This document shows, piece after piece, positions 15,424 to 26,344 of a DNA stretch of 64,000 nucleotides (the stretch's first letter is position 1; every line of letters starts with the position of its first letter). Below the pieces are notes generated by a model. The model did no database searches. It saw only the letters and a list, made by a program, of their open reading frames with translations, and was not told the DNA's origin. Source of the stretch: Actinomycetes bacterium (GTDB taxonomy: Bacteria > Actinomycetota > Acidimicrobiia > Acidimicrobiales > UBA8190); NCBI GenBank assembly GCA_021819525.1, contig JAKAQW010000001.1, positions 68 to 64,067 on the forward strand, read 5' to 3'. Made by a program: the position numbers and the translations under genes.

Positions 15424-16385
15424 CCACGTTCGCACCCGACACCCCGGCCCAGCGCCGGCGCGCTGCCCGTCCTGCGCCGGCGCGCCGCACGGTGGCCCGC
15501 AGGTCCGTCGACGGTGCCGTCTTGGGCCACGTCGAGCTGGACCCCGAGCTCTTCGGCATCGAGCCGAACGTCGGGGTCCTGCACCAGGTCGTCACCGCCC
15601 AGCTGGCAGCGGCCCGCGCTGGGACCCAGTCGACGCGGACTCGGGCAGAGGTAGCCGGCGGCGGGGCGAAGCCATTTCGCCAGAAGGGCACTGGCCGGGC
15701 TCGCCAGGGCTCCACTCGCGCGCCCCAGTGGTCCGGCGGCGGGGTGGCGATGGGTCCCAAGCCTCGTTCCTACCGCCAACGCACCCCGAAGAAGATGATC
15801 CGCCTGGCGCTCCGCTCGGCGCTCTCGGACCGGGCCGCGCAAGGCCAGGTGGCGCTCGTCGACGACTGGGCTATGAGCGAGCCGAAGACCAAGTCGGCGC
15901 TCGCCGCGCTGGCAGCCTTGGGATTGACCGGCCGGGTGATGGTGGTGCTCGATCCCGCCGACTGGGCGGCCGAGCGGTCGTTTGCCAACCTGCCCCGGGT
16001 GCAGGTGGTCCCGGTGACCGAGCTGAACGCGTACGACGTCATCCGCAGCGACTGGGTGGTCTTCACGGACCAGACCCTGCCTGGGATGACGTCCCCCGGG
16101 AGCGGCACCGACGTGCAGGCCGACAGCCCGGTCGACCCGGTTGCCGCCGGTGAGACCGGTCGTGGTGTGGGGGCCACCACCACCGACCCGGCCGCCGGGA
16201 GTGCCGCCGGGACCGACCCAGCCGCCGGTGAGACCGGATCGGACCAGCTCGGGACCGACCCAGCCGCCGGTGAGACCGGATCGGGCCAGCTCGGGACCGA
16301 CCGGGCCAACGATGCGGCAGACGAGGCGACGGGTGCGGGCAGCACCGGAGCGCACGGTACGGCGGGCGAGGAGGACGAGGCATGA
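15420..16385 (+). CDS. rplD: 50S ribosomal protein L4 with ~100 aa C-terminal low-complexity extension
   Basis: ATG 15420 overlaps the rplC stop (ATGA). The core contains GGGAKPFRQKGTGRARQGSTRAPQWSGGGVAMGPKPRSY. After about residue 220 comes a Gly/Thr/Asp/Ala tail that contains a 42-bp tandem duplication. Confidence 0.93.
   Translation: MTTFAPDTPAQRRRAARPAPARRTVARRSVDGAVLGHVELDPELFGIEPNVGVLHQVVTAQLAAARAGTQSTRTRAEVAGGGAKPFRQKGTGRARQGSTRAPQWSGGGVAMGPKPRSYRQRTPKKMIRLALRSALSDRAAQGQVALVDDWAMSEPKTKSALAALAALGLTGRVMVVLDPADWAAERSFANLPRVQVVPVTELNAYDVIRSDWVVFTDQTLPGMTSPGSGTDVQADSPVDPVAAGETGRGVGATTTDPAAGSAAGTDPAAGETGSDQLGTDPAAGETGSGQLGTDRANDAADEATGAGSTGAHGTAGEEDEA
16209..16302. repeat. 42-bp in-frame tandem duplication (x2.2) inside the rplD tail
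   Basis: GGGACCGACCCAGCCGCCGGTGAGACCGGATCGGACCAGCTC at 16209-16250 is repeated at 16251-16292 with 1 mismatch, then partially. It encodes TDPAAGETGS(D/G)QLG twice. Confidence 0.9.
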
Positions 16386-16675
16386 GGGCGGCCGAGCAGG
16401 TCCTGGTGCGACCGGTGGTGTCGGAGAAGACCTACGGGCTCATGGACGACGGGGTCTACGTCTTCGTGGTCTCTCCCGACGCCACCAAGGTGGAGGTCCG
16501 CATGGCAGTCGAGCAGATCTTCGGCGTGCGGGTGGCGAAGGTCAACACCCTCAACCGCAAGGGCAAGCGCCGGCGTAACCGCAAGAGCTCCACCTTCGGC
16601 GTCCGACCCGACACCAAGCGAGCCATGGTCACGCTGGTGGGCGGCGACCGGATCGACTTGTTCGAGAAGAGCTGA
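16382..16675 (+). CDS. rplW: 50S ribosomal protein L23
   Basis: ATG 16382 overlaps the rplD stop. Product contains [52 protein letters not shown]. Confidence 0.95.
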   Translation: MRAAEQVLVRPVVSEKTYGLMDDGVYVFVVSPDATKVEVRMAVEQIFGVRVAKVNTLNRKGKRRRNRKSSTFGVRPDTKRAMVTLVGGDRIDLFEKS

Positions 16676-16685
16676 GAGGTCTCCC

Positions 16686-17522
16686 GTGACGCTTCGCAAG
16701 CGCAAGCCCACCAGTGCCGGTCGTCGCTTCCAGACGTCCTCCGACTTCGCCGAGATCACCCGGTCACGCCCCGAGCGCTCGCTGGTCACCCCGAAGATCT
16801 CGACGGGGGGCCGCAACACCCAAGGTCGCAAGACCGCCCGGCACCGTGGGGGTGGGCACAAGCAGCAGTACCGCATGGTGGACTTCAAGAGGAGCAAAGA
16901 CGGAGTGCCGGCCAAGGTGGCGGCGATCGAGTACGACCCCAACCGCAACGCCCGGATCGCCCTGCTGCACTACTACGACGGGGAGAAGCGCTACATCTTG
17001 GCCCCTGGCGGCGTCAAGGTCGGCGACGTGCTCCAAAGCGGGCAGGGAGCGGAGATCCGCCCGGGTAACGCCCTGCCGTTGCGGTTCATCCCGGTGGGCT
17101 CGACCGTGCACAACGTCGAGCTCCGCCCCGGGCAAGGCGGCAAGATGGCCCGTGGCGCGGGGATGAGCGCTCAGCTGGTGGCCAAAGAAGGCACGTTCGC
17201 CACCTTGCGGCTCCCTTCCACCGAGATGCGTCGGGTGGCCATCGACTGCCGGGCCACCTTGGGCGTCGTCGGCAACGCCGAGGCCGAGCTGATCTCCATC
17301 GGGAAAGCCGGCCGGAACCGGTGGCGTGGGGTGCGTCCCCAGACCCGCGGTGTGGCCATGAACCCGGTCGACCACCCGCTCGGCGGCGGCGAAGGGAAGT
17401 CGTCGGGGGGCCGGCACCCGGTGTCGCCGTGGGGCAAGCCCGAAGGCCGGACCCGGGCGCGCCACAAGCCGTCGGACCAGATGATCGTCCGGCGCCGCCG
17501 CACCCGCGGCGCGCGCCGATGA
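16686..17522 (+). CDS. rplB: 50S ribosomal protein L2
   Basis: 278 aa with [28 protein letters not shown] and [22 protein letters not shown]. Confidence 0.97.
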   Translation: MTLRKRKPTSAGRRFQTSSDFAEITRSRPERSLVTPKISTGGRNTQGRKTARHRGGGHKQQYRMVDFKRSKDGVPAKVAAIEYDPNRNARIALLHYYDGEKRYILAPGGVKVGDVLQSGQGAEIRPGNALPLRFIPVGSTVHNVELRPGQGGKMARGAGMSAQLVAKEGTFATLRLPSTEMRRVAIDCRATLGVVGNAEAELISIGKAGRNRWRGVRPQTRGVAMNPVDHPLGGGEGKSSGGRHPVSPWGKPEGRTRARHKPSDQMIVRRRRTRGARR

Positions 17523-17541
17523 GCCGAGAGAGGACCTGCGC

Positions 17542-17820
17542 ATGCCGCGTAGCCTGAAGAAGGGCCCGTTCGTCGACGGCCACCTCCTGCGCAAGGTGGA
17601 CGCGCTCAACGCCGCCAACGAGAAGCGCGTCATAAAGACCTGGTCGCGTCGCTCCACCATCATCCCGGACATGGTCGGCCACACCATCGCCGTGCACGAC
17701 GGACGCAAGCACGTGCCGGTGTACCTCACCGAGTCGATGGTCGGGCACAAGCTGGGCGAGTTCGCCCCCACCCGGACCTTCCGGTTCCACGCCGGCCAGG
17801 AACGCCAGGGGAGGCGCTGA
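17542..17820 (+). CDS. rpsS: 30S ribosomal protein S19
   Basis: [19 protein letters not shown]...[35 protein letters not shown], 92 aa. Confidence 0.97.
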   Translation: MPRSLKKGPFVDGHLLRKVDALNAANEKRVIKTWSRRSTIIPDMVGHTIAVHDGRKHVPVYLTESMVGHKLGEFAPTRTFRFHAGQERQGRR

Positions 17821-17821
17821 G

Positions 17822-18499
17822 GTGACCGGTCTGAAGACCAACGAGGTCGCCGGTACCCGGGCCGTGCTGCGCCACTACCGGATGTCGGCCACCAAGGCAC
17901 GCCAGGTGCTCGACTTGGTCCGAGGGCACGACGTCGACCGGGCGGAGGAGATCCTCCGCAACACCGAGCGCGAGGCAGCTCGGGTCGTCTCGAAGGTCCT
18001 CGCCTCGGCAGTGTCCAACGCCCAGCACAACGACGCCATGGATCCCGAGGAGCTCTACGTGTCCGCGTGCTTCGCCGACGAAGGCGCCACGCTCAAGCGT
18101 TGGCGACCTCGGGCGCGGGGCCGAGCGACTCGGATCCGCAAGCGAACGTGCCATATCACGGTCATCGTGAGCCGGTTGCCCGAAGACCGTCTCGAGCGTC
18201 GGCGCGCCCGGTCGGCCGGTGCCGGGGTGCAGCGCTCTCGCCGGGTGGCGGCCAGCCGCCGGGGTGAGGATGCCACTTCGACAACCGACGCCGGCACCCC
18301 GGAGCCTGCTCCGGACGCCTCCGGCGAACCGGCCGCCGCGGCCACCTGGGGCACCTCCGGCGAACCGGCCGCCACAGACGCGGCAGGCGGCGAGCGTGCC
18401 GGCGAAGACGGTGCCGCGATGTCGCCGGCCACCGGCGGGGAGACCGGCGCCGGCGACGCCGCGGCAGACCGAACCGGCGACGACGAGGAGAAGGACTGA
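17822..18499 (+). CDS. rplV: 50S ribosomal protein L22 with ~105 aa acidic C-terminal extension
   Basis: GTG 17822. The core contains [22 protein letters not shown] and [24 protein letters not shown]. It is followed by an Ala/Gly/Asp/Glu/Thr-rich tail. Confidence 0.93.
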   Translation: MTGLKTNEVAGTRAVLRHYRMSATKARQVLDLVRGHDVDRAEEILRNTEREAARVVSKVLASAVSNAQHNDAMDPEELYVSACFADEGATLKRWRPRARGRATRIRKRTCHITVIVSRLPEDRLERRRARSAGAGVQRSRRVAASRRGEDATSTTDAGTPEPAPDASGEPAAAATWGTSGEPAATDAAGGERAGEDGAAMSPATGGETGAGDAAADRTGDDEEKD

Positions 18500-18501
18500 C
18501 C

Positions 18502-19617
18502 ATGGGCCAGAAGGTCAACCCCTACGGGTTCCGCCTCGGCGTCACCACGGACTGGAAGTCCCGGTGGTTCGAGGAGCGCAATTACCAGGAGTTCATCGCC
18601 GAGGACTGGCGTATCCGCAACTACCTCAACTCCCAGCTGGAGGCCGCCGCGGTCAGCCGGATCGAGATCGAGCGAACCCGCGACCGGCTCCGGGTCGACA
18701 TCCACACCGCTCGGCCTGGCATCGTCATCGGTCGGCGCGGCTCGGAGGCCGACCGGCTGAAGAAGAAGCTCGAGCAGATCACCGGCCTGCGCAACAGGAT
18801 CCAGCTGAACATCCAGGAGATCAAGCAGCCCGAGCTCGACGCGACGCTCATCGCCCAGAGCATCGCCGACCAGCTGGTGCGGCGCGTGGCGTTCCGCCGG
18901 GCCATGAAGCGGGCCATGCAGACGGTGACCAAGGCCGGCGCCCAGGGGGTCCGGGTCCAGTGCTCGGGCCGTCTCGGCGGCTCGGAGATGGCCCGGAAGG
19001 AGGGCTACCGCGAGGGTCGGGTGCCGTTGCACACCCTGCGAGCCGACATCGACTACGGCTTTCGGGAGGCACGCACCACGTTCGGCCGGATCGGGGTGAA
19101 AGTCTGGATCTACAAGGGTGACATCCTGCCCTACAAGCTCTCTACGGACGACAAGATCAACCGGGAAGCGGCTATGGCCGTCGGTGAGACCTCAGGCCAG
19201 AGCCGTCCACGGCGCCTGGTGACCGCCGGCGGCGGGCGCCGGCGTGCCGGGCAGGGTGAGCCGGGTATCGGTGTCGACGACGGCGCCGTCTCCGACGCCT
19301 TGGCACCGGGTGCTCCAGTCGTCGAGGCGGCTCAGGCGGCGTCGGCCGACGCCGCAGTGGCCGAGCCGGCCACGGCAACACCTGTGGGAGGGCCGGAGGA
19401 AGTCGTCGCGAGCGCTGAAGTGGCAGGCGAGACGGTGCAGGCCCCCGCTGGCCAGCCGCTCGCCGGCACCGACGCGTCGGCATCGCCGCTTCCAGGCAGT
19501 GTGCCAGTCGACGGCGCAGACGACCTCGAGCGACTGCTCGCCGAGGAAGAGGAGATCGAGCGCCGGACCCGCTCTGAGCACCACGAGGCGCCGCACTTCC
19601 GCAAGGAGTCCGACTGA
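18502..19617 (+). CDS. rpsC: 30S ribosomal protein S3 with ~150 aa C-terminal extension
   Basis: [23 protein letters not shown]... followed by the KH and S3-C domains. Then comes an Ala/Val/Glu/Pro-rich tail to 371 aa. Confidence 0.94.
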   Translation: MGQKVNPYGFRLGVTTDWKSRWFEERNYQEFIAEDWRIRNYLNSQLEAAAVSRIEIERTRDRLRVDIHTARPGIVIGRRGSEADRLKKKLEQITGLRNRIQLNIQEIKQPELDATLIAQSIADQLVRRVAFRRAMKRAMQTVTKAGAQGVRVQCSGRLGGSEMARKEGYREGRVPLHTLRADIDYGFREARTTFGRIGVKVWIYKGDILPYKLSTDDKINREAAMAVGETSGQSRPRRLVTAGGGRRRAGQGEPGIGVDDGAVSDALAPGAPVVEAAQAASADAAVAEPATATPVGGPEEVVASAEVAGETVQAPAGQPLAGTDASASPLPGSVPVDGADDLERLLAEEEEIERRTRSEHHEAPHFRKESD

Positions 19618-19618
19618 C

Positions 19619-20056
19619 ATGCTGATGCCGCGCAAAGTGAAGCACCGCAAGCAGCAGCGGGGCCGGTTGACCGGCGCCGCGAAGGGTGGCACGACGGTGA
19701 GCTTCGGCGACTACGGGATCCAGGCGCTCGAGCCGGGCTGGCTCACCGCTCGACAGATCGAAGCAGCCCGTATCGCCATGACCCGTCACGTGCGTCGTGG
19801 CGGCAAGGTGTGGATCCGGGTCTTTCCCGACAAGCCGGTGACCCAGAAGCCGGCGGAGACCCGGATGGGGTCGGGCAAGGGCAACCCCGAGCACTGGGTG
19901 GCGGTGGTCCGTCCCGGGCGGGTGCTCTTCGAGCTGGCCGGGGTGGACCCGGATCTGGCTCGCTCGGCCATGGAGCGGGCGATCCAGAAGCTCCCGTTCA
20001 AGGCTCGCTTCGTGATCCGTCCGGGCAGCCATGGCACCTCCGAAGTGGAGGTCTGA
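19619..20056 (+). CDS. rplP: 50S ribosomal protein L16
   Basis: ATG 19619 lies within ORF 19244..20056. Product is [24 protein letters not shown]...[27 protein letters not shown], 145 aa. Confidence 0.95.
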   Translation: MLMPRKVKHRKQQRGRLTGAAKGGTTVSFGDYGIQALEPGWLTARQIEAARIAMTRHVRRGGKVWIRVFPDKPVTQKPAETRMGSGKGNPEHWVAVVRPGRVLFELAGVDPDLARSAMERAIQKLPFKARFVIRPGSHGTSEVEV

Positions 20057-20059
20057 GCA

Positions 20060-20476
20060 GTGGCACGCGCCATGGAGCTGCGTGAGCTCGGTGACGACGA
20101 GCTCGAGAACCGCCTGGCGGAGTCCCGCCGGGAGCTGCTGAACCTGCGCTTCCAGCTGGCCACCGGCCAGTTGGACAACGTGGCTCGCATCCCCCAGGTT
20201 CGCCGTGAGGTGGCCCGGGTGCTCACCGTGCTGCGAGAGCGTGACATCGACGTGGTCGAAGCCGACCTGGCCGCCGCCGAGCGGGCGCCGGTGCTCCTCG
20301 AAGACGCCCGCAGGCGGGCTGAGGAGGCTGCCGAGGCGCGCGCTGGCGAGGCGGACGCGCCTCAGGCGGACCACGGCGACGACGAGATCTCCGAGGCAGG
20401 CGGCGCCATCGCTGACCGAGGTGCAGCCTCGAAGGACGACGGCGCCGAGGGCGCCGGCGAGGAGGAGGACCAGTGA
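20060..20476 (+). CDS. rpmC: 50S ribosomal protein L29 with ~70 aa acidic C-terminal extension
   Basis: GTG 20060 lies 8 nt after GGAGG (alternative ATG 20072). The core is [27 protein letters not shown], followed by an Ala/Glu/Asp-rich tail. Confidence 0.9.
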   Translation: MARAMELRELGDDELENRLAESRRELLNLRFQLATGQLDNVARIPQVRREVARVLTVLRERDIDVVEADLAAAERAPVLLEDARRRAEEAAEARAGEADAPQADHGDDEISEAGGAIADRGAASKDDGAEGAGEEEDQ

Positions 20477-20757
20477 TGGCCGACGAGCAGGCCGGTGCCG
20501 ATGTCGGCGCACGGCGCCAGCGCAAGGTCCGCGAGGGCACGGTGGTGTCGGACGCCATGACGCGGACTGTGGTGGTGGCCGTGGTCGAGCGGGTGCGCCA
20601 TGCCCGCTACGGCAAGACCGTGCAGCGGACGACCAAGCTCTACGCGCACGACGAGCTGGCAGCGAAAGTAGGCGACCGGGTCCGGGTCACCGAGACACGG
20701 CCGCTGTCGAAGCTGAAGCGTTGGCGGGTCACCGAGGTTCTGGAGCGTGCCCGATGA
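20473..20757 (+). CDS. rpsQ: 30S ribosomal protein S17
   Basis: GTG 20473 or ATG 20476 overlaps the rpmC stop. Product contains [45 protein letters not shown]. Confidence 0.94.
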   Translation: MMADEQAGADVGARRQRKVREGTVVSDAMTRTVVVAVVERVRHARYGKTVQRTTKLYAHDELAAKVGDRVRVTETRPLSKLKRWRVTEVLERAR

Positions 20758-21122
20758 TCCAGCAGGAGACCCGGCTGCGCGTCGCCGACAATTCCGGTGC
20801 GCGCGAAGTGCTCTGCATCAAGGTGCTCGGCGGCTCACGCCGGCGCTACGCGAGCATCGGCGACGTGTTCGTGGCCACCGTGAAGGATGCCATCCCGGGT
20901 GCGGCGGTGAAGAAGGGTGACGTGGTGAAGTGCGTGGTCGTCCGCACGGCGAAGGAGAAGCGCCGGCCCGACGGGAGCTACATCCGCTTCGACGAGAACG
21001 CGGCGGTGCTCATCAACGACCAGCAGCAGCCTCGCGGCACGCGCATCTTCGGCCCGGTCGGTCGAGAGCTGCGCGACAAGCGGTTCATGCGGATCGTCTC
21101 GTTGGCTCCGGAGGTGTTGTGA
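20754..21122 (+). CDS. rplN: 50S ribosomal protein L14
   Basis: ATG 20754 overlaps the rpsQ stop. Product is [44 protein letters not shown], 122 aa. Confidence 0.97.
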   Translation: MIQQETRLRVADNSGAREVLCIKVLGGSRRRYASIGDVFVATVKDAIPGAAVKKGDVVKCVVVRTAKEKRRPDGSYIRFDENAAVLINDQQQPRGTRIFGPVGRELRDKRFMRIVSLAPEVL

Positions 21123-21430
21123 TGCGAATCCGCAAGGGAGACACCGTCCAGGTCCTCTCCGGCAAGCAGCGAGGCCGGCGCGGTCAGGTGATGGTGGTCG
21201 ACCCGGCTGCCGGCACCGTCATCGTCGACGCGGCGAACATGGTGAAACGCCACACGAAGGCTCGTGGCGCCACGATGCAGGGAGGGATCATCGACAAGGA
21301 CATGCCCCTGCCGGCCAGCGTGGTCGGCATCGTCTGCCCGGCCTGCGGGCGCCCCAGCCGTACCGGGGTCCGCTACGACGAGCAGGGGGCGAAGATCCGG
21401 GTGTGCCGTCGATGCGGAGGTGACCTATGA
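21122..21430 (+). CDS. rplX: 50S ribosomal protein L24
   Basis: ATG 21122 overlaps the rplN TGA. Product is [46 protein letters not shown], 102 aa. Confidence 0.94.
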   Translation: MRIRKGDTVQVLSGKQRGRRGQVMVVDPAAGTVIVDAANMVKRHTKARGATMQGGIIDKDMPLPASVVGIVCPACGRPSRTGVRYDEQGAKIRVCRRCGGDL

Positions 21431-21996
21431 GCGCCGCTGTCGCCACCCGTCCCCGGCTGAAAGCCCGCTACGACGCCGAGGTCCGCGAGCAGCTGCGCCA
21501 GCAGCTGTCGCTGGGCAACGTCATGGAGGTGCCCCGCCTCGAGAAGATCGTGGTGAACATGGGGGTGGGGCGTGCCGCCCAAGCCGGCTCGCTCATGGAC
21601 GGAGCGGTGCGCGACCTCCAGGTCATCACCGGCCAGAAGCCCATGGTCACCCGAGCCCGTCGCTCCATCGCCGGGTTCAAGCTGCGCGAGGGCCAGGCCA
21701 TCGGGGCCAAGGTGACCTTGCGCGGCGACCGAGCCTGGGAGTTCTTCGACCGCCTGGTGGCACTGGCCATCCCCCGTATCCGGGACTTCCGAGGGCTGTC
21801 CAGCCGGTCGTTCGACGGCCGGGGCAACTACACCTTCGGCGTCACCGAGCAGCTGATCTTCCCCGAGGTCGACTACGACAGCATCGACGTCACCCGGGGC
21901 ATGGACATCACCATCTGCACCACCGCGCGCACCGACCGGGAGGGCCGTGCCTTCCTGGCGGCGTTCGGCTTCCCGTTCAGGCAGGAGGGCGTCTGA
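21427..21996 (+). CDS. rplE: 50S ribosomal protein L5
   Basis: 189 aa with [39 protein letters not shown] and [27 protein letters not shown]. Confidence 0.96.
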   Translation: MSAAVATRPRLKARYDAEVREQLRQQLSLGNVMEVPRLEKIVVNMGVGRAAQAGSLMDGAVRDLQVITGQKPMVTRARRSIAGFKLREGQAIGAKVTLRGDRAWEFFDRLVALAIPRIRDFRGLSSRSFDGRGNYTFGVTEQLIFPEVDYDSIDVTRGMDITICTTARTDREGRAFLAAFGFPFRQEGV

Positions 21997-22000
21997 CGCC

Positions 22001-22186
22001 ATGGCCAAGCAAGCTCTGATCCAGAAGCAACAGCGCACGCCGAAGTTCAAGGTGCGCGGCTACACGAGGTGCCGGCGCTGTGGCCGGCCGCACTCGGTCT
22101 ATCGCAAGTTCGGCCTCTGCCGGATCTGCCTTCGGGTGATGGTGCATGCCGGCGAGATACCCGGCGTCACCAAGGCGAGCTGGTGA
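22001..22186 (+). CDS. rpsN: 30S ribosomal protein S14, short zinc-ribbon (type Z) form
   Basis: ATG 22001. The 61-aa product is [45 protein letters not shown], with a CxxC...CxxC pattern. Confidence 0.95.
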   Translation: MAKQALIQKQQRTPKFKVRGYTRCRRCGRPHSVYRKFGLCRICLRVMVHAGEIPGVTKASW

Positions 22187-22202
22187 GGGGAGGGAACCGA
22201 CC

Positions 22203-22607
22203 ATGACCATGACCGACCCCATCGCCGACATGCTCACCCGCATCCGCAACGCCAACACGGCGATGCACGACACGGTGCGCATGCCCAGCTCCAAGCTGAA
22301 GGTCTCCCTGGCAGGCATCTTGGCCCGCGAGGGCTACATCGACGGCTTCGACGTACGTCCGGCCCAGCGCGGACCGGGATCGGTGCTCGAGATCAAGATG
22401 AAGTACGCGACCGACCGCACTCGGACCATCGCCGGCCTGCGTCGCATATCCAAGCCTGGTCTGCGCATCTATGCCCAGGCCGATCGGATGCCCCGCGTCT
22501 TGGGCGGCATGGGGGTGGCCGTGCTGTCGACGAGCCGCGGGCTCATGACCGACCGCGAGGCGCGCCAGGCGCGGGTCGGGGGCGAGGTGCTCTGCTATGT
22601 CTGGTGA
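22203..22607 (+). CDS. rpsH: 30S ribosomal protein S8
   Basis: ATG 22203. Product is [33 protein letters not shown]...GGEVLCYVW, 134 aa. Confidence 0.96.
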   Translation: MTMTDPIADMLTRIRNANTAMHDTVRMPSSKLKVSLAGILAREGYIDGFDVRPAQRGPGSVLEIKMKYATDRTRTIAGLRRISKPGLRIYAQADRMPRVLGGMGVAVLSTSRGLMTDREARQARVGGEVLCYVW

Positions 22608-22685
22608 CAGTGAGGTGTCATGCGCTCGACAGCTGACGTCGGCCGCCTTCCAAGGGGTCGGCCGGCACCGTGAGGAGGTCTGCTG

Positions 22686-23225
22686 ATGTCGCGCATCGGG
22701 CGTACCCCCATCCCCGTCCCCGAGGCGGTGACCGTCGCCCTCGACGGGCCCTTGGTGACCGTCAGCGGTCCCCGAGGCAGCTTGTCGCGCCGGCTGCCCG
22801 ATCCCATCACCGTGCGCCAGGACGGCGACAGCTTGGTGGTGGAGCGCCCCGACGACGAGCGCACCAGCCGGTCGCTGCACGGGCTCAGCCGCTCCCTGGT
22901 GGCGAACATGGTCACCGGGGTGACATCGGGCTATACGAAAGAGCTCGAGATCGTCGGAGTGGGCTATCGCGCCGCGGCGAAGGGGGACGATGCCCTGGAG
23001 CTGGCGCTGGGCTTCTCGCACCCGGTACAGGTCCATGCTCCGGCCGGGGTGACCTTCGAGGTGCCCAGTCCCACCAAAGTGGTGGTGAAGGGTATTGACA
23101 AGGAGAAGGTCGGCCAGGTGGCCGCCGACATCCGCAAGATCCGCAAGCCCGAGCCCTACAAGGGCAAAGGGGTGCGCTACGCCGGCGAGCGCGTCCTGCG
23201 CAAGGCCGGAAAGGCAGCGAAGTGA
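22686..23225 (+). CDS. rplF: 50S ribosomal protein L6
   Basis: [33 protein letters not shown]...[14 protein letters not shown], 179 aa. Confidence 0.96.
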   Translation: MSRIGRTPIPVPEAVTVALDGPLVTVSGPRGSLSRRLPDPITVRQDGDSLVVERPDDERTSRSLHGLSRSLVANMVTGVTSGYTKELEIVGVGYRAAAKGDDALELALGFSHPVQVHAPAGVTFEVPSPTKVVVKGIDKEKVGQVAADIRKIRKPEPYKGKGVRYAGERVLRKAGKAAK

Positions 23226-23226
23226 C

Positions 23227-23592
23227 ATGACGCTCTCCACCAAGCACAAGCAGCAGCTGCGGGTCCGGCGCCACACACGGCTCCGCAAGCGCATCACCGG
23301 CACGGCCGATCGCCCTCGCTTGGCGGTCTTCCGCTCCAGCCGGCACATCACAGCCCAGGTCATCGACGACACCACCGGGCGGACCCTGGCTGCGGCCGGC
23401 ACCGTGGAGCGTGCCTTGCGTGACGGCCCGGGCGGGAACGCCGCCGCCGCCGCCGAGGTCGGTCGCCTGGTGGCCGAGCGAGCCAGGGCGGGCGGGATCA
23501 CCCAGGTGGTCTTCGACCGGGGCGGCTACCGCTATCACGGACGGGTGGCTGCCTTGGCCGACGCGGCCCGACGAGCTGGACTGGAGCTGTGA
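23227..23592 (+). CDS. rplR: 50S ribosomal protein L18
   Basis: ATG 23227. Product contains [18 protein letters not shown] and [26 protein letters not shown], 121 aa. Confidence 0.95.
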   Translation: MTLSTKHKQQLRVRRHTRLRKRITGTADRPRLAVFRSSRHITAQVIDDTTGRTLAAAGTVERALRDGPGGNAAAAAEVGRLVAERARAGGITQVVFDRGGYRYHGRVAALADAARRAGLEL

Positions 23593-24146
23593 GCATGCAA
23601 GACGGGCAGTTCGAGGAGCGCACCATCCGGGTCAACCGGGTGGCGAAGGTGGTGAAAGGCGGTCGGCGGTTCTCGTTCACCGCGCTCATGGTGGTGGGCG
23701 ATGGAGAGGGCCGGGTAGGCGTCGGCTACGGCAAGGCCAAAGAGGCCGGGCTGGCCGTGCAGAAAGGCATCGAAGAGGCCCGCAAGACCATGTTCTCGGT
23801 GCCGCTGGCCGGCACCACCATCACCCATCCGGTCGTCGGCTCGGCCGGAGCGGGGCGGGTGCTGCTCAAGCCCGCCGCCCCGGGCACCGGGGTCATCGCC
23901 GGTGGGGCGGCACGCGCCATCTTGGAGCTGGCCGGCATCCACGACGTGCTGTGCAAGTCGCTCGGCTCGTCCAACGGGATCAACGTGGCCCACGCCACCA
24001 TCGCCGGCTTGCGCACCCTGAAGCGCCCCGAGGAGGTGGCCCGACTGCGAGGCAAGCCCGTCGAGGAGGTGGTTCCCCGCGGGGTGCTGCGGGCCTACCG
24101 CGAGCGCCAGCGAGCCGCCGACGTCTTCCAGGAGGTGAAGTCGTGA
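23589..24146 (+). CDS. rpsE: 30S ribosomal protein S5
   Basis: GTG 23589 (alternative ATG 23595). Product contains [42 protein letters not shown]. Confidence 0.96.
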   Translation: MSMQDGQFEERTIRVNRVAKVVKGGRRFSFTALMVVGDGEGRVGVGYGKAKEAGLAVQKGIEEARKTMFSVPLAGTTITHPVVGSAGAGRVLLKPAAPGTGVIAGGAARAILELAGIHDVLCKSLGSSNGINVAHATIAGLRTLKRPEEVARLRGKPVEEVVPRGVLRAYRERQRAADVFQEVKS

Positions 24147-24445
24147 GCGCACTGCGTGTCACCCAGGTTCGCTCGGGCATCGGCACCAAACCCAAGCACC
24201 GGGCCACGTTGCGGGCGCTCGGCCTGCGCCGCCTCGGGCAGAGCCGGGTCCTGGCCGACCGCCCGGAGGTGCGCGGCATGCTGGCTCGGGTGCCGCACCT
24301 CGTCGAGGTGGTCGACGCACCGGACGCGGCACTGTCGGGTCCCCGGCGCCGGGTGCCGCACCGGCCGCGGGGAGCAGGATCCGTGCCAGCAGGCGCCGCC
24401 AGTGGCGACAGTGGCCTCGAGGGCGCCGAGGAGGCAGCACCATGA
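24143..24445 (+). CDS. rpmD: 50S ribosomal protein L30 with ~40 aa C-terminal extension
   Basis: GTG 24143 overlaps the rpsE stop. The core is [57 protein letters not shown], followed by a Pro/Ala/Gly tail to 100 aa. Confidence 0.9.
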   Translation: MSALRVTQVRSGIGTKPKHRATLRALGLRRLGQSRVLADRPEVRGMLARVPHLVEVVDAPDAALSGPRRRVPHRPRGAGSVPAGAASGDSGLEGAEEAAP

Positions 24446-24930
24446 AGCTCCACGATCTGCGGGCCCCGGCTGGCTCGCGCCGGGGAAAGCGCCGGGTGGC
24501 GCGTGGTATCGGCGGCAAGGGGGGCAAGACCGCCGGCCGTGGCACCAAAGGCCAGGGCGCCCGCGATACCGTCAAGCCCGGCTTCGAAGGTGGCCAGCTG
24601 CCCTTGACCCAACGGGTGCCCAAGTTGAAAGGGTTCCACAACCCGTTCCGAGTGGCCTATGCCGTGGTCAACCTGGACACGTTGGCTCGCTTCGGCGGCG
24701 ACGAAGCGACTCCGAGCGCCCTGGCCGACGCAGGATTGGTGCGTGCGGGAGCGCTGGTGAAGGTGCTGGGTCGTGGCCAGATCGACCGGCCGCTGCGGGT
24801 CAGCGTCCATGCGGTGTCCGCCTCGGCCCGCCAGGCCATCGAGGCGGCCGGTGGGCAGGTGGACATCGTGCCGATGCCCTTCGGCCACGGTCGACCGCCG
24901 GCCAAGGGGAACGCGCTCACCAACCGATAG
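24442..24930 (+). CDS. rplO: 50S ribosomal protein L15
   Basis: The ATG overlaps the rpmD stop. Product is [38 protein letters not shown]...FEGGQLPL. Confidence 0.96.
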   Translation: MKLHDLRAPAGSRRGKRRVARGIGGKGGKTAGRGTKGQGARDTVKPGFEGGQLPLTQRVPKLKGFHNPFRVAYAVVNLDTLARFGGDEATPSALADAGLVRAGALVKVLGRGQIDRPLRVSVHAVSASARQAIEAAGGQVDIVPMPFGHGRPPAKGNALTNR

Positions 24931-25047
24931 ACCTGCGCCGGGTAGTCTCGGGATGCGCCGGTCGGATCGGGGCGACCGAGACGTCCGGCGGGGCCCGCCT
25001 GGGCCGGCCGGCACGGCCACCCGACGACGAGGAGGGGGAGGAGACCG

Positions 25048-26337
25048 GTGCTCTCGAGCCTAAGAAACATCTTCAAGGTCCCCGACCTGCGGAACAAGGT
25101 GCTGTTCACCTTGCTCATCATCGCCCTGTACGAGGTCGGGACGAACGTGATCGTCCCCTTCATCGACTTCGCCAAGATCCAGTCCCTGGAGCATACGGTG
25201 AAGTCGGCTGGCATCCTCGGCTACCTCAACCTGTTCTCCGGCGGCGGCCTGCTGCGCATGGCGGTGTTCGGGCTCGGGATCATGCCCTACATCACGAGCT
25301 CGATCATCATCCAGCTGCTGACCACCGTGATCCCCAAGCTCGAGGAGTGGCGGGACCAGGGCGCGGTCGGCCAGAAGCGCCTCACCCAGACCACGCGGTA
25401 CCTGACGGTGGTGCTGGCCGTGCTGCAGGCGTCGGGGCTGGTGTTCGTCTTCCACACCGACGCTTCCAGCCTGCTCGGCGGCACCACGAACAACCTGATC
25501 AACAACTTCACCATCTGGAAAGCCGCCTTCATCGTCCTCACCTTGACGGCGGGCACCGCGTTCGTCATGTGGCTGGCCGAGCTCATCACCCAGCGGGGGA
25601 TCGGCAACGGCATGTCCATCTTGATCATGGCGAACGTGGTGGCCAGCATCCCAGCAGCCGGTGTGGGGGTGCTCACCGAAGGTGGCGATATCGAGTTCAG
25701 CGTGCTGGTCCTGCTGACGTTGGTCCTGCTGGCATGGGTGGTCTTCATGGAGCAGGGGCAGCGGCGCATCCCGGTGACGTTCGCCAAACGGGTGGTGGGC
25801 CGGCGAACCCTCGGAGGCACGTCGACCTACATCCCGCTGAAGGTCAACCAGTCCGGGGTCATCCCCGTCATCTTCGCCAGCTCGCTGCTGTACATCCCCA
25901 TCTTGCTGTCGAACCTGCTGCCCTTCGCCGGCTTCCGGACCTTCGTGAACGCCCACATCGTGCCGACGAGCTACCTGTACGTGAGTGTGTACGGCGTCTT
26001 GATCTTCCTCTTCACCTTCTTCTACGTGTACGTGGCGTTCGACCCGCACCAGCAGGCCGACATCATCCGAAAGCAAGGGGGGTACATCCCTGGCATCCGG
26101 CCCGGACCGCCCACCGAGCGGTACCTGGCGCGCATCTTGAACCGCATCACCGTGCCCGGCGGGCTCTACCTGGCCATCGTGGCCGTGGCGCCGGGCTTCT
26201 TGATGGCGGCATGGCACCTGACTGCCGACCCCTACTACGGGACCACGCTCCTCATCGCCGTCGGCGTGACCTTGGAGACGATGAAGCAGATCGACAGCCA
26301 GCTCATGATGCGCAACTACGAGGGCTTCCTCAAGTAG
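25048..26337 (+). CDS. secY: preprotein translocase subunit SecY
   Basis: GTG 25048 follows GGAGGGGGAGGAG. It is a 429-aa polytopic membrane protein containing LFSGGGLLRMAVFGLGIMPYITSSIIIQLL, in the conserved position after rplO. Confidence 0.96.
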   Translation: MLSSLRNIFKVPDLRNKVLFTLLIIALYEVGTNVIVPFIDFAKIQSLEHTVKSAGILGYLNLFSGGGLLRMAVFGLGIMPYITSSIIIQLLTTVIPKLEEWRDQGAVGQKRLTQTTRYLTVVLAVLQASGLVFVFHTDASSLLGGTTNNLINNFTIWKAAFIVLTLTAGTAFVMWLAELITQRGIGNGMSILIMANVVASIPAAGVGVLTEGGDIEFSVLVLLTLVLLAWVVFMEQGQRRIPVTFAKRVVGRRTLGGTSTYIPLKVNQSGVIPVIFASSLLYIPILLSNLLPFAGFRTFVNAHIVPTSYLYVSVYGVLIFLFTFFYVYVAFDPHQQADIIRKQGGYIPGIRPGPPTERYLARILNRITVPGGLYLAIVAVAPGFLMAAWHLTADPYYGTTLLIAVGVTLETMKQIDSQLMMRNYEGFLK

Positions 26338-26344
26338 TCGACCG

